Part shown: piece by piece, positions 1 through 11,376 of the stretch
Layout: each line of letters begins with the position of its first letter
Numbering within the stretch: position 1 is the stretch's first letter
IMG/VR virus record: IMGVR_UViG_3300042541_001760
Coordinates: 1-64,000 of that record
Direction: 5' to 3' (one strand)
DNA: 64,000 nt
The notes under the pieces: model-generated
What the model saw: the letters and a program-made list of their open reading frames with translations, nothing else
Told to the model about the DNA's origin: nothing
The model's database searches: none
Made by a program: the position numbers and the translations under genes

Positions 1-3000
1 TACTAGGAAATGGTGTTTCAGTTGGTGTGGCAGTGTTTGTTGGGGTTTTAGTATTGGTTGGTGTTTGAGTAGTAGTAGTAGTATTAGTAGGCGTTTGAGT
101 AGTAGTAGGAGTTACCGTTGGTGTTGGGGTTTGGGTTGTAGTAGTGGTAGGTGTTTCTGTTCTAGTAGGGGTGTTAGTTGGCGTTTCATTTTGTGTTGGG
201 GTATTAGTTGGTGTTTCAGTTTGTGTTGGTGTTGGTGTCTGAGTGTTAGTCCGAGTATTAGTCGGAGTTGGAGTGTTTGTGGTTGTTTCGGTTGGGGTAA
301 TGGTATTAGTCGGTGTATTTGTAGGTGTTTGCGTAGGTGTTTGTGTTGGGGTTTTAGTCGGTGATTTTGTCACCGGTGGTGTCATGGTTGGTGTAGGTGT
401 CGGTGTATTTGATGGAGTTACGTCAGGTGTTTGTGTTGGGGTTTGTGTCTGAGTACTTGTTGGTGTATTTGTTGGGGTATTTGTTGGGGTTGGAGATTCC
501 GGCGTTGTTGGGGTTGGTGTTGGGGTTGTAGTTTTTGTTGGTGTATTTGTTGGTGTATTTGTTGGTGTAACAGTATTTGTTGTCGTGTTTGTTGGCGTGT
601 TTGTTGGTGTGTTTGTTGGTGTATCGGTATTTGTTGGTGTATTTGTTGTTGTGTTTGTTGGTGTTCTTGTTGGGTTCGGACTCGATAAAGGGGTTTTTGT
701 GTTTGTTGGTGTAACAGTATTTGTTGGTGTTTGAGTCGCGGTTTGAGTCGCGGTGGTGGTTATTGTTGGCGTATTTGTTGGTGTAACAGTATTTGTTGGT
801 GTTTGAGTCTCGGTTTGAGTTGGGGTAATGGTTATTGTTGGCGTAACAGTATTGGTAGGGGTTTTAGTTGGGGTAACGGTAGGTGTTGGTGTTGTCGTGG
901 GTGTTGGGCATACCACATCACCATTTAGAACTAAATTACACTCATCACAATCGTCAAATAACCTATACGAACTAAATGGTAATGAGGTATTAGGTATACC
1001 TCTTGAAATTACGGTACAAGCACTAAATCCATCTTCGGTTGTTAGTAAAAACGTATTTTGGGTACTACTAATTAATATACCTAATAGATCCGGCTGATTA
1101 GTTAAGTCAATACGGTAAGTACCACAACAAGAACTTAAAACAATTGGTAAAGTAGTTGTGCTCGGAGTTGGGGTATGTGTAGGTGTTGGGCTAGGTGTTG
1201 GACAAGCTCCTCCGGGTAAGTAATTAGCAATACAAGTATCACAATCACCAGTGAAATTAAAAACATAATCAGCAGTTTCAAAAACAAGATTAACATAACC
1301 GTATGTTAATTTCGTACAACCCGAATACCCATCAGTTTCAATATAATAAATTTCATTTAGAGTTAATCCAGAAGCGATTGCTGGATTTGTAAATTTAATA
1401 TTGGTATTACCACAACAAGAAGAGAATACTAATTCTACTTTTGTTGGGGTAGGTGTTGGGGTTGATGTTTGAGTTGGGGTTCTAGATGGATTATTAGTTC
1501 TAGTAGGTGTAGGGGTTGACCTATTACTCGGCGTTGATGTTTTAGTTGCGGTTATTGTAGGGGTAACCGTAGGTGTTGGGGTTGGGGTAGGCGTTAACCC
1601 TAAACAATCATTACAACTATTGTAAGGCCCAATAAATGAAGTTATTTGATTAGGACAACAAGAACAAGACCCACTCATAGTAACAACAAAACAATCCGTC
1701 TCAACATAAGAAGAATTATTTAATTCGGTAATACTATTTTGGGTGCAATTATTATATGAAGTAAAATAACCCCCAACTATTAAATTTAGACCGTCGTTTG
1801 TTAATGATACTTTATAAGCCGAACCACCACCAAAACCATTTCCTGTGACAAATGAAGTTACAACAGATCCGGTGGAATCCAATTTAACAATACCATTATA
1901 AGTTACCCCTTGATATGTGGTGAAATTACCAACGATTATATAATTACCATCAGAATCAACCTCAATATCTCTTATTGTTCCTCCACTAAATCCAACTCCC
2001 GTATTGAAACTATTGTCTACTGTTCCGTTTGAATTTAACTTTATTAATCCATTATGATTAATTCCGTTATATTGAGTAAAGTCACCACCAACTAAAATGG
2101 TATCATCCCCTAATACTTTAACCGCATAGACCGAATTATTAAACCCTACCCCACAATTAAATGCCGGTTCGATATTACCACCATTTGTTAACGCCACTAT
2201 CTTATTAGATGATATTCCATCAAACTCAGTAAAAGACCCGACCGCAATTATTGTTCCATCAGATAATAAATCTATGTCATAAACATATTCATCATTAATA
2301 TTTGGTAAAAAACCTCCATTACCAAAACCAGGATCAACACTACCATTATAATCTAATCTTATTAGTTTATGATAATATATTCCTCCGGGGTTACTAAATG
2401 TACCCCCAACCAATATTTGATTATTAGGTTGTATTTTTATTTTAGATATTGCACCTCCATTGGGGAAGTTTATTGTAGTGAATCCTGGGTCTATTAATCC
2501 TGTCGAATCTACTCTTTGTATTAGGTTACCGGCAATGTTTACTTGTTGAGCTAAACCAACCAATACGTATGTGTCTGGTTGTTGAACAACTTCATTAACA
2601 TATACATAACTTGGACCTCCGTAATTAAATGTTGTATCTAAAGTACCATTAGGATTTAATCTTATGACCTCATCTGACAAACTAATACCACTATATTGTG
2701 AGAAATTACCCGCCAATAATACCTTATCATCAATTTGTACATCAACACCAATTACAAAATTATTAAATCCTGAACCAATTCTAAAATCTCCCGTATTAAT
2801 TGTTCCGGGTAAAATATTAATATTGACATCATATATTGAATTTAAAACCATTGTACTTGTGGTACATCCACTATAAACTCTTCCATCGGTACACGCACTT
2901 AATTCATAACAATATCTTTGAATGAATGTTGGGGTAACCGTTGGTGTTTGTGTTGGGGTTGCCGTATTTGTTGAGGTTACCGTAGGTGTTGCCGTATTTG

Positions 3001-4498
3001 TTGCGGTTACCGTAGGTGTTACCGTCGGTGTTGAGGTTGTTGTTGGTGTTGGAGTAGGACATATAATCCCTATTGTGTCCAATCTACATGTATCACAATC
3101 TAAATATTCGGATATTGAAACGAAATCGTATAATATGTCAGGGGCATGATTAACAACCGTAGTACATCCAGTATAGCCATCTGTAATTAAATAATATGTT
3201 ATTAATGGGTTTAAGGAATAAATTAATTCTGACTCTTCAGTTAAACCAATATAAATTTCATCACAACAATCTTTAAAGGCTTTTTGTGGTCTAGTTGGTG
3301 TTGGGCTAGGTGTTTGAGTTGGTGTTGGTGTAGGACAATTATTATTACCGGTACTATCTGTTAAACAATTAATACAATTAGTATAAGGATTACTAATAGA
3401 AATAAATTCGTAAAAGTTATCAGGTCTTACGGGAACAATAGTCACACAACCAACAAATTGAGATGTCTCAATATAATATGTTTTTGTTGGATCAAGTGTT
3501 GATATAAACTGAGTTTCCTCCATCAAGGAGAATAAATCAGTTGTACAACAAGAACTAAATCCTAATTGTGGTGACGGGCTTGTTGGGGTAACTGTTGGTG
3601 TTAGTGTTGGGGTAACTGTTGGTGTTAGTGTTGGTGTGACTGTTTTGGTTGCAGTTCGACTTGGCGTGACTGTTTTAGTTGTAGTTGGAGTTGGTGTTGG
3701 TGTTGAAGTCGCGCTTGTTGGAGAGGGGGTTTGGGTTGCGGTTTTTGTGGGTATTGGTAATGGAACCCACGGACCGGTGTTTGGTTGAGGTTCTACGTAC
3801 CCAAATGTTTTAGTTGGGGTTGGGGTTGGTGTCTTAGTTGGGGTTGTGGCAGGAGTTGCGGTGTTAGTCGGAGTTTGGGTTGGTGTAGGTGTTGGGCTAG
3901 GTGTTGGGCAAGCTCCTCCGGGTAAGTAAGTAGTAATACAAGTATTACAATCACCAATTACATTAAAAACATTATCAGCGGTTTCTAAAACAAGATTAGC
4001 ATAACCGTATGTTAGTTTTGTACAAGCTGAATACCCATCAGTTTCAATATAATAAATTTCATTTAGAGTTAACCCAGAGGCAATTGCCGGATCTATGAAT
4101 TTAATATTGGTATTACCACAACAAGAAGAGAATACTAATTCTACTTTTGTTGGGGTGGGAGTATGGGTTGACGTTTGAGTTGGGGTTGACGTTTGAGTTG
4201 GGGTAGGCGGGGTAGGCGGGGTAGGCGGGGTAGGCGGGTCAATTACGACCTCACCTTTATCGTTCAAGATTAGATAAGTTATACAATCACCATCTAAAAA
4301 CCCATCAGGGGTATTAATACCAATTACTCCATTAACGTAAGTTTCTGTAGACCCATCCGAATAAGTAATAGTTCCAGATGTGTTATCAATATTCGGAGTT
4401 ACAATTACGGTAACACAATTTGCCCCATTACAATCACATATAGTAATAGTATATGGACCACAACTATATATTAGACCATTAAATATTAATTCACACAT
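1..4498 (-). CDS. Large mucin-like structural/adhesin protein (partial, runs off window start): Cys-rich modules, Thr/Pro linkers and a delta-60-type beta-propeller
   Basis: Not in the ORF track. ATG at 4498 ([16 protein letters not shown]...); same frame confirmed at several checkpoints down to position 2 (...[11 protein letters not shown]), about 1500 aa with no stop seen. Repeated SSCC...C..C...CPTP modules; propeller repeats such as [15 protein letters not shown]...[12 protein letters not shown] and [12 protein letters not shown]...[12 protein letters not shown] at about 1750-2760. Confidence 0.85.
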   Translation of the reverse strand, partial: MCELIFNGLIYSCGPYTITICDCNGANCVTVIVTPNIDNTSGTITYSDGSTETYVNGVIGINTPDGFLDGDCITYLILNDKGEVVIDPPTPPTPPTPPTPTQTSTPTQTSTHTPTPTKVELVFSSCCGNTNIKFIDPAIASGLTLNEIYYIETDGYSACTKLTYGYANLVLETADNVFNVIGDCNTCITTYLPGGACPTPSPTPTPTQTPTNTATPATTPTKTPTPTPTKTFGYVEPQPNTGPWVPLPIPTKTATQTPSPTSATSTPTPTPTTTKTVTPSRTATKTVTPTLTPTVTPTLTPTVTPTSPSPQLGFSSCCTTDLFSLMEETQFISTLDPTKTYYIETSQFVGCVTIVPVRPDNFYEFISISNPYTNCINCLTDSTGNNNCPTPTPTQTPSPTPTRPQKAFKDCCDEIYIGLTEESELIYSLNPLITYYLITDGYTGCTTVVNHAPDILYDFVSISEYLDCDTCRLDTIGIICPTPTPTTTSTPTVTPTVTATNTATPTVTSTNTATPTQTPTVTPTFIQRYCYELSACTDGRVYSGCTTSTMVLNSIYDVNINILPGTINTGDFRIGSGFNNFVIGVDVQIDDKVLLAGNFSQYSGISLSDEVIRLNPNGTLDTTFNYGGPSYVYVNEVVQQPDTYVLVGLAQQVNIAGNLIQRVDSTGLIDPGFTTINFPNGGAISKIKIQPNNQILVGGTFSNPGGIYYHKLIRLDYNGSVDPGFGNGGFLPNINDEYVYDIDLLSDGTIIAVGSFTEFDGISSNKIVALTNGGNIEPAFNCGVGFNNSVYAVKVLGDDTILVGGDFTQYNGINHNGLIKLNSNGTVDNSFNTGVGFSGGTIRDIEVDSDGNYIIVGNFTTYQGVTYNGIVKLDSTGSVVTSFVTGNGFGGGSAYKVSLTNDGLNLIVGGYFTSYNNCTQNSITELNNSSYVETDCFVVTMSGSCSCCPNQITSFIGPYNSCNDCLGLTPTPTPTPTVTPTITATKTSTPSNRSTPTPTRTNNPSRTPTQTSTPTPTPTKVELVFSSCCGNTNIKFTNPAIASGLTLNEIYYIETDGYSGCTKLTYGYVNLVFETADYVFNFTGDCDTCIANYLPGGACPTPSPTPTHTPTPSTTTLPIVLSSCCGTYRIDLTNQPDLLGILISSTQNTFLLTTEDGFSACTVISRGIPNTSLPFSSYRLFDDCDECNLVLNGDVVCPTPTTTPTPTVTPTKTPTNTVTPTITITPTQTETQTPTNTVTPTNTPTITTTATQTATQTPTNTVTPTNTKTPLSSPNPTRTPTNTTTNTPTNTDTPTNTPTNTPTNTTTNTVTPTNTPTNTPTKTTTPTPTPTTPESPTPTNTPTNTPTSTQTQTPTQTPDVTPSNTPTPTPTMTPPVTKSPTKTPTQTPTQTPTNTPTNTITPTETTTNTPTPTNTRTNTQTPTPTQTETPTNTPTQNETPTNTPTRTETPTTTTTQTPTPTVTPTTTQTPTNTTTTTQTPTNTKTPTNTATPTETPFPS
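1181..1480. repeat. 300-bp internal duplication, copy 1 (Cys-rich module)
   Basis: Aligns ungapped with 3887-4186 at roughly 90% identity; encodes [19 protein letters not shown]...[13 protein letters not shown]. Confidence 0.9.
3887..4186. repeat. 300-bp internal duplication, copy 2
   Basis: Partner of 1181-1480. Confidence 0.9.
4200..4238 (+). repeat. 9-bp tandem repeat (GGGGTAGGC)x4 encoding PTPPTPPTP
   Basis: Read directly from the sequence. Confidence 0.85.
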
Positions 4499-4594
4499 AC
4501 CGATAAATACAATTCATTTTAAAATAAATATAAGGTGATAAGATATATTTTAAACAACTTTTTGTATTTACTTTATTTTATTTTTTTGTGATCA

Positions 4595-4810
4595 TTATAT
4601 AACTAGATTATAATAACAATTACTATTAATAATACTTAATGAATAGGTTCCATATATATCTTTATTAATAGAACTAGAATCAAAAGTATAAGGTAATAAC
4701 TGGGTTCCCAGACCAAAAGATTCATTACTCCCGGTTGGAGTAAACATAATATTCGCCTGTTCTCCGCTAAAATTTACACTGCTTATTATAACTGTTTGTG
4801 GCATTATCAC
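4595..4810 (-). CDS. Small hypothetical (probable virion accessory) protein
   Basis: 71-aa ORF co-oriented between structural-type genes; beta-strand-like composition. Confidence 0.65.
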   Translation of the reverse strand: MIMPQTVIISSVNFSGEQANIMFTPTGSNESFGLGTQLLPYTFDSSSINKDIYGTYSLSIINSNCYYNLVI

Positions 4811-4834
4811 TTTTTTCTTAATAAAGTTGATGTT

Positions 4835-6118
4835 TTAGTTAAATATTTGGTTTTTGGTTTTAGTTGGTGTTCTTGTTGGTGTTAGTGTTGGTGTTCTTGT
4901 TACAGGTGGGGTTTTACGAGGCGTTCTAGTTTGTGTTGGTGAATTTGTCGGAGTTGGTGTTGGGCATGAACATACATTATTAATATATGCGGTGGCACCA
5001 CATGCACTTGAGATAATACTAACGTTTAAAGCACAGACACTATCCGTCATAAATTTCTTTAGTGTACGTGTGGTTGTAATCCCAAAACAATCTGTTACAG
5101 AAAAATATGAGAAATCACAAAGCATACCCCCATAAAGATTCCAATTTGAGCAACATTTTGCTGGTGTTGGGGTTGGTGTTCTTGTTGGGGTTGGTGTTCT
5201 TGTTACAGGTGGGGTTTTACGAGGTGTTCTAGTTGGTGTAGGAGTAGGTAATGTAGTTTTTGTTGGGGTTGGTGAACTAGACTTACTGATACTAGGAGTT
5301 ACTGTAATAGTCGGTGTTACTGTTACAGGTGGGGTTTTACGAGGTGTTCTAGTTTGTGTTCTAGTTGGTGTTACTGTTCTAGTTGGTGTTACCGTTTTAG
5401 TTGGAGTTACTGTTGATGTTCTAGTTGGTGTTACCGTTTTAGTCGGAGTTACTGTTGATGTTCTAGTTGGTGTTACTGTTCTAGTTGGTGTTACTGTTCT
5501 AGTTGGTGTTGGGGTTGAACTAACGCAAGGTATTTGAACTAATGATGTTGAGAATCCGGAATCATCCGTTATACAACTAACCGCTCCACTGAAATTAATC
5601 CATTGAGATTCATCACCAATAGGTAATGTCGTATCTAAAGGTAATGTAGACCCTGTTAGACCTAAATTGATATAATATACCACCCACTCAATCCCATTCC
5701 AATAAATAGAATAATTTTTTGAATTAGGGTATACGAAAGTGAATGATCTTTTTCCGTTTATAATTGAGCCTTCAGTTGGTGACACAACCCCACATTCAGA
5801 TGAAACCGAAAAATATTCGCAAAAGTAACCACTAGTTGAGGTTAGTGTTGGTGTATTGGTTATGGTCGGAGTTACTGATGGGGTTGGTGTTGCACCTGTT
5901 ATACAACTTTCGCACTGACCACTCATGTACTCAGGAGTAATAAAATTAGTAACACCACTTGATGTTCCTGTAAAAGATTCTAAATAATAACATGTTGTAC
6001 CACTACCATTATTATAGGACACTATGTCTCCAATTGAAAAAGCAGATAAAATTATATTAAAATTTATATCGTTAGTTGATGTTAGACAGTCGGTAAATAA
6101 TGAAGCGGTGTAAGACAT
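4835..6118 (-). CDS. Thr/Pro-rich mucin-like protein with Cys-rich modules
   Basis: 427 aa; TPTRTV and RTPRKTPPVT repeats; CxxC and CC motifs; TATTTAT motif upstream. Confidence 0.8.
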   Translation of the reverse strand: MSYTASLFTDCLTSTNDINFNIILSAFSIGDIVSYNNGSGTTCYYLESFTGTSSGVTNFITPEYMSGQCESCITGATPTPSVTPTITNTPTLTSTSGYFCEYFSVSSECGVVSPTEGSIINGKRSFTFVYPNSKNYSIYWNGIEWVVYYINLGLTGSTLPLDTTLPIGDESQWINFSGAVSCITDDSGFSTSLVQIPCVSSTPTPTRTVTPTRTVTPTRTSTVTPTKTVTPTRTSTVTPTKTVTPTRTVTPTRTQTRTPRKTPPVTVTPTITVTPSISKSSSPTPTKTTLPTPTPTRTPRKTPPVTRTPTPTRTPTPTPAKCCSNWNLYGGMLCDFSYFSVTDCFGITTTRTLKKFMTDSVCALNVSIISSACGATAYINNVCSCPTPTPTNSPTQTRTPRKTPPVTRTPTLTPTRTPTKTKNQIFN

Positions 6119-6144
6119 AATTTTTATATTTTATAATATAAATA

Positions 6145-9100
6145 TCACGGAGTACAAGAAGTGCAACCACTAAATGTGGAACCTGTCCAAGAAATTGAAA
6201 TTCTTTCTATAGGACTTTCTTGTACACCTCTATATTCCCAACATCCTGTGATACCTGATAATTTAACTACTTGATTAATAGTTAATCCTGACAAATTAGA
6301 GTTAGTGTATATACATTCTCTACTATCTCCACTAAAGAATCTATTAAAAGAATTTTGAATTGTTGTAGAACTAAAGTCTGTTACCGTAGGGTCAATATTC
6401 CAATCAAAGTTAATTAGACCAGCCCCATTCCTATCCAACACATTCAACGAAGTATATCCGGTTAATGATGTGTATGTTGAGAATGGATTAAGTGTCTGTA
6501 ATGTCACGAACGTCCAATTGTTACCCAACTCAGAGTTTATGTTTGGCCAAACCCCACCATTAAAATTATAATTAGAGAAGTAAGATGCTGACCTTGTTTG
6601 ACCTTCAATCAACGCTAACGACTCTAAAATAAATTGGAATGACTGAGCCTCCACAGTCAAGAAACCTTCAACAAGGTTACCATTTGGATTTACAAATAAT
6701 AGGTTATTTACTTTTTTACCTAAAGTGTTTGTAAAATAATTCCAAGATGTTAGGTAATTGTTATAATCCTTTTGAACTCCCGTATTGTTAATATAGAAAT
6801 TTGATGGTAAAGATGATGTATTACCATTTGTTAATGTAGACCCTGTTCGTGTATATATCGGAGAAGATTCATTAATTACACATATAGCAATAAAACTATC
6901 CGTTTCAGGGGTGAAATTACCTGCGGTTGAGAATTGTGTTAATTCCGCATGATTAAATGGAACACCTTGAGATCCGTATATATCTGAAGTTATAGTAGGG
7001 TATGATGCGAAATCCCAACCATTATTAATTATTTGTTTAACTGACGTATCGTTTGATATACCACTATATAGTAAAGAGTTATTATCAACGTAGTTACCAC
7101 CAATTGTCGCTCCCGATAAAGTTCCTGTTATAGGATAAATCGGCCAAGAAACCCATCTTTCATCCCACAATACCATCTCATAAAGAGACCCTGTATATCC
7201 ACTTGTTAATGTTAATCCACTATACCAAGTTCTAACACTTAAAGCAACATCTTGTAATAACGAATCACTATATGACCCAGAACCGTCATAGAAAACATAA
7301 ATATTTCTATCCAAATTAGGATTACAGTTACATAGTACGTCAGATAATATATTTGACCTTGGGCTTGGTGTGTTTGTTGGAGTTACCGTTTTAGTTGGGG
7401 TTATTGATGATGTAGGGGTGACAGTTTTGGTTACACTAGGGGTTAGCGTATTTGTTCTTGTTATGGTAGGAGTTACCGTATTAGTTGGAGTTTCAGTTTG
7501 TGTTGGGGTTGTTGTTTGTGTTGGAGTTTTAGTTGCAAATGGAGTTCTATTGGGAGTTTTTGTTGGAGTTGTTGTTTTCGTAGGGGTAACGGTGCTAGTT
7601 GGCGTAGTCGTATTTGTTGGAGTTTCAGTATTTGTCGGAGTTGTTGTTTTTGTGGGAGTAACTGTGATAGTTGGGGTGGGGGTATTTGTTGGGGTTGTGG
7701 TGTTTGAAGGTGGTATAGTAATAGTTGGAGTAGGTGTTTTAGTTGATGTTGGGGTGATAGTATTTGTCGGTGTTGGTGTATTTGTTGGTGTATTTGTTGG
7801 TGTTTCAGTATTTGTTGGTGTCGTTGTATTTGTTGGAGTTTGAGTTGCGGATGGAGTTTTTGTTTGGGTTATTGTGTTTGTAGGTGTTTGTGTTTGTGTG
7901 GCGGTAACTGTGTTGGACGGCGTTTGAGTATTTGTTGGTGTGGATGTCTGAGTTGGAGTTTTAGTATTTGTTGGTGTTGTTGTTTGAGTTGGAGTCTCTG
8001 TTCTGGTTGGTGTTTGTGTAATCGTATTCGTAGGTGTTGAGGTATTAGTTGAGGTAGGTGTTTTTGTATTTGTTGGAGTTACAGTATTGGTAGGTGTAAC
8101 TGTGCTAGTTGTAGTATTTGTATTAGTTATAGTGTTTGTGGGTGTTTGTGTAGATGTTGGCGTTCGAGTTGCGAATGGAGTTTTAGCGGGGGTTTTAGTG
8201 TTAGTTGGGGTCTGAGTAATTGTTTTAGTCGGAGTATTTGTTGGTGTTGATGTAATTGTATTAGTTGGGGTGGGGGTAGGTGTTTTTGTGTTAGTTGGAG
8301 TTATAGTATTAGTAGGTGTAACTGTATTAGTTGGGGTTTTAGTAGGTGTAACCGTATTAGTTGGTGTAGATGTTTTTGTGGGTGTTTTTGTATTGGTTGG
8401 GGTTAGGGTATTTGTAGTAGTAACAGTAGAAGTTATCGTATTAGTAGGGGTTGCAGTATTTGTTGGTGTTTGAGTATTAGTAGGGGTTTTAGTTGCAAAT
8501 GGAGTTTTAGCCGGAGTTTTAGTGCTAGTTATTGTTTGTGTGGGTGTTTGTGTAATAGTGTTAGTTGGTGTTTGGGTTCTAGTGTTTGTAGGTGTCTGAG
8601 TTGGTGTTTTAGTATTTGTTTGGGTTTGAGTATTAGTAGGAGTTTGAGTATTAGTAGGGGTTTGAGTATTAGTAGGGGTTTTAGTATTAGTAGGAGTTTT
8701 AGTATTAGTAGGAGTTTGAGTATTTGTTGGTGTGGATGTTATTTGAGCAGGTGTTATAGTTGGAGTAACAGTAGTTGTTTTAGTTGGAGTTATAGTATTA
8801 GTAGGAGTTATAGTATTAGTAGGAGTTTGAGTATTTGTTGGTGTGGATGTTTGAGTTTGAGTATTAGTTTGAGTTTGAGTATTAGTAGGGGTTTTAGTTG
8901 CAAATGGAGTTTTAGCCGGAGTTTTAGTGTTTGTAGGTGTTTGTGTTTGAGTTTGTGTGGTAGTGTTAGTTGGGGTTTGAGTATTTGTATTTGTAGGTGT
9001 CTGAGTTGGAGTTTTAGTATTTGTTGGTGTAGGTGTTTGAGTTGTCGTTTCTGTGTTGGTAGGTGTTTGAGTAATTGTATTTGTAGGTGTTGGCGTTTCT

Positions 9101-11322
9101 GTGTTGGTAGGTGTTTTTGTGTTAGTAGGAGTTATAGTATTAGTAGGAGTTTGAGTATTTGTTGGTGTGGATGTTTGAGTTTGAGTATTAGTTTGAGTTT
9201 GAGTATTAGTTGGGGTTTTAGTCGCAAATGGAGTTTTAGCCGGAGTTTTAGTGTTTGTAGGTGTTTGTGTTTGTGTCGGTGTAGGTGTGGATGTTATTTG
9301 AGCAGGTGTTATAGTTGGAGTAACAGTAGTTGTTTTAGTTGGGGTAACGGTAGTGGTTGGCGTTACCGTATTAGTCGGAGTATTCGTAGGTGTGGGTGTT
9401 GGTAATATACTAAAAGTAAAATCATTAGGTAAACAAGTAATGCCGCAATTAGGACAATCAGGGTCAAATAAATTAAATGTTGGTTTTAGTATTGAGAAAT
9501 TATGTTTAACCTCCGGAGCGGAAAGCGGTGAAACGTACATCCTGAATTGGGAAATACCCCCATTAAAAGTACCAGCAAAATTCTGTTCAATTAATATGTT
9601 TGTTGTAAGGGCGGATAATGAAGTTCCACTTAATACATTGTTAGGAAATAATTCAGGATCTTGAATATAAACATTGGTGTTACCTGTAGGACATGCAGAG
9701 AATGTTAAGTTTTCTCTTAACCCTTGTGTTCCACCACCCCAACTTATACTAAAAGGGACTCCTATTTGTTTTTCTTTTTCTGTATTTAAACCACGAGGTA
9801 TTATTTCCTCTACGTCTTCAACCACAAAGAAAACTTTACCATTTACATATATCTTTAATCTACCCTTTCTATATGAACCGTCCAATAACCATTTTTCATT
9901 TAATTGGACTATTTCAATTTGTTCAGGAGTTAAATTATCGTGAGTTACGGGTGGCTTTATTAAATAAACGGTATTGTTTGCTAGTGAGTCCAGATATTCA
10001 AACTTGGTAATATCCCCTAACCCACCTCTATAAAATAAATCACAAGTATCTAACCAAGTATATCTTTCCCAAACAACATCCACCAAAAACCAATGTTCTG
10101 ATATTGTAAAGGCCGAATTAACTGGAACACAATAGTCATATATCCCGTTTTCAGAGCAATAATCATCAACCGTATATCCTGTTGTATATGTAATTCCTGA
10201 TGTATTACAAGAACCTGTTGTTTCGCAATCACCTGTGAATCTTAAAATTCTTACACCAATTTTTGGGTTATCATCGTCACCACATAATCTAAGTGACATT
10301 GCGTTTGACATTGAATCATAAATCGGATCCTTGTCAGGTATGTTACTAATTGTTCCATTTGAGCATCCGCAACCACAACCAATATCGTGAGTTACAGTAA
10401 TTCCTGATGGATTATAAACGTCAACACATCTTGAATTAGTTACACCTGTGTCAGCACAAGCGCAAGTTTTTAAACAGTCAACTAATGACTCCGTTACTCT
10501 TGTATATCCTGTGTCAGAAGATGGGACACCTGCCGCATGGTGATAAAACTTGTTTTCCGCCCTTGTACCCATATAAAAGAACGTGTTCTTATTATTTGGA
10601 TAAATTTCGTTTAATGTGGTTTGACCTGAAGATGGAGTGAATTCATTTGTTAAACGAGGCTTCAAAACCATTTCAACAGACCAACCCTTATTCATTCTTG
10701 ATGGAAAAATATCATAATCAAAACCGAATAACTTATAGAATCCTTGGTAGAATCCACCATATAATTCTTGATAGTAACCTTCCGTAGTTCCCGTTTTTGA
10801 TACTATTTCATATAGAGTTTGTCCTGTTATACCTGAGAATCTTACATTTGGTTCTGAGGTGTAACCTGTGACTTGAAAAAACTTTAATCTTCTATCAAAG
10901 GATAACCTGTCAAATTTTTGAGAATCATCTAATAATCCGTTTGTAAAGGATATTGTTTGTCCCGTCATTCCGGTAACCAAACCATTATCAATTCCTGTTA
11001 ATCCAATGTCACATGCGGTTTGTGCAGTTAAACAAGTTAAATCAATATTATCAGGATTATAATAATTTTCAGATACGATAATGTTGTTAAAATCATAAGT
11101 ACCATAAGTCAATATAGGTTGTGTTGTGGTACCAGTACTATTTAAATCAAAATAAAATGGTAATCTATTGCCGTGAGTTTGAGCAATCAAATAAGGTGAA
11201 AAAACAACTTCTTGATTATAATCAACTTCATCGGAAGCCAAAGAAATGTCTGTTAAATCTAAGAGATATGGACTTAAATAAAATTTCTTATAAACATATT
11301 GATTAATGTTTTGTTGAGCCAT
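6145..11322 (-). CDS. Giant virion protein: N-terminal domain ending in a LamG/ConA-like fold, about 680-aa Thr/Pro mucin stalk, C-terminal vWA-like domain
   Basis: Track ORF 6145..11346; MAQQN start at 11322 preferred because it follows the TATTTAT motif. [21 protein letters not shown] resembles a LamG C-terminus; [12 protein letters not shown] contains a DxSxS MIDAS motif. Confidence 0.8.
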   Translation of the reverse strand: MAQQNINQYVYKKFYLSPYLLDLTDISLASDEVDYNQEVVFSPYLIAQTHGNRLPFYFDLNSTGTTTQPILTYGTYDFNNIIVSENYYNPDNIDLTCLTAQTACDIGLTGIDNGLVTGMTGQTISFTNGLLDDSQKFDRLSFDRRLKFFQVTGYTSEPNVRFSGITGQTLYEIVSKTGTTEGYYQELYGGFYQGFYKLFGFDYDIFPSRMNKGWSVEMVLKPRLTNEFTPSSGQTTLNEIYPNNKNTFFYMGTRAENKFYHHAAGVPSSDTGYTRVTESLVDCLKTCACADTGVTNSRCVDVYNPSGITVTHDIGCGCGCSNGTISNIPDKDPIYDSMSNAMSLRLCGDDDNPKIGVRILRFTGDCETTGSCNTSGITYTTGYTVDDYCSENGIYDYCVPVNSAFTISEHWFLVDVVWERYTWLDTCDLFYRGGLGDITKFEYLDSLANNTVYLIKPPVTHDNLTPEQIEIVQLNEKWLLDGSYRKGRLKIYVNGKVFFVVEDVEEIIPRGLNTEKEKQIGVPFSISWGGGTQGLRENLTFSACPTGNTNVYIQDPELFPNNVLSGTSLSALTTNILIEQNFAGTFNGGISQFRMYVSPLSAPEVKHNFSILKPTFNLFDPDCPNCGITCLPNDFTFSILPTPTPTNTPTNTVTPTTTVTPTKTTTVTPTITPAQITSTPTPTQTQTPTNTKTPAKTPFATKTPTNTQTQTNTQTQTSTPTNTQTPTNTITPTNTKTPTNTETPTPTNTITQTPTNTETTTQTPTPTNTKTPTQTPTNTNTQTPTNTTTQTQTQTPTNTKTPAKTPFATKTPTNTQTQTNTQTQTSTPTNTQTPTNTITPTNTITPTKTTTVTPTITPAQITSTPTNTQTPTNTKTPTNTKTPTNTQTPTNTQTPTNTQTQTNTKTPTQTPTNTRTQTPTNTITQTPTQTITSTKTPAKTPFATKTPTNTQTPTNTATPTNTITSTVTTTNTLTPTNTKTPTKTSTPTNTVTPTKTPTNTVTPTNTITPTNTKTPTPTPTNTITSTPTNTPTKTITQTPTNTKTPAKTPFATRTPTSTQTPTNTITNTNTTTSTVTPTNTVTPTNTKTPTSTNTSTPTNTITQTPTRTETPTQTTTPTNTKTPTQTSTPTNTQTPSNTVTATQTQTPTNTITQTKTPSATQTPTNTTTPTNTETPTNTPTNTPTPTNTITPTSTKTPTPTITIPPSNTTTPTNTPTPTITVTPTKTTTPTNTETPTNTTTPTSTVTPTKTTTPTKTPNRTPFATKTPTQTTTPTQTETPTNTVTPTITRTNTLTPSVTKTVTPTSSITPTKTVTPTNTPSPRSNILSDVLCNCNPNLDRNIYVFYDGSGSYSDSLLQDVALSVRTWYSGLTLTSGYTGSLYEMVLWDERWVSWPIYPITGTLSGATIGGNYVDNNSLLYSGISNDTSVKQIINNGWDFASYPTITSDIYGSQGVPFNHAELTQFSTAGNFTPETDSFIAICVINESSPIYTRTGSTLTNGNTSSLPSNFYINNTGVQKDYNNYLTSWNYFTNTLGKKVNNLLFVNPNGNLVEGFLTVEAQSFQFILESLALIEGQTRSASYFSNYNFNGGVWPNINSELGNNWTFVTLQTLNPFSTYTSLTGYTSLNVLDRNGAGLINFDWNIDPTVTDFSSTTIQNSFNRFFSGDSRECIYTNSNLSGLTINQVVKLSGITGCWEYRGVQESPIERISISWTGSTFSGCTSCTP
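8624..8731. repeat. 18-bp tandem array (about 6 copies) encoding [12 protein letters not shown]
   Basis: GTTTGAGTATTAGTAGGA-type unit repeated head to tail. Confidence 0.85.
8729..9342. repeat. Segmental duplications inside the mucin stalk: 59 bp (8729-8787 = 9284-9342) and 152 bp (8798-8949 vs 9122-9273, 2 mismatches)
   Basis: Direct alignment by eye. Confidence 0.85.
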
Positions 11323-11326
11323 TATA

Positions 11327-11373
11327 TTTTTTATTGATAAATACACGACATTGAAGTATTTATTGATAAAAAA
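11327..11373. promoter_or_regulatory. Divergent late-promoter pair: 18-bp imperfect inverted repeat, each arm carrying TATTTAT
   Basis: TTTTTTATTGATAAATAC-N11-GTATTTATTGATAAAAAA (16/18 match) between divergent starts at 11322(-) and 11377(+). Confidence 0.65.
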
Positions 11374-11376
11374 GCG

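Noticed and set aside
1181-4186. Possible DGR template/variable repeat pair
   Set aside because: Mismatches involve all four bases on both strands rather than adenines of one copy; both copies are in-frame coding; no reverse transcriptase in the window.
8624-8731. CRISPR-like array
   Set aside because: Head-to-tail 18-bp coding repeats without unique spacers; no cas genes.
65-9664. Many plus-strand ORFs rich in Val/Gly or Cys/Trp (e.g. 243..452, 431..688, 7370..7843, 8470..9405)
   Set aside because: They are antisense shadows of the Thr/Pro codon repeats on the minus strand, which lack stop codons in those frames.
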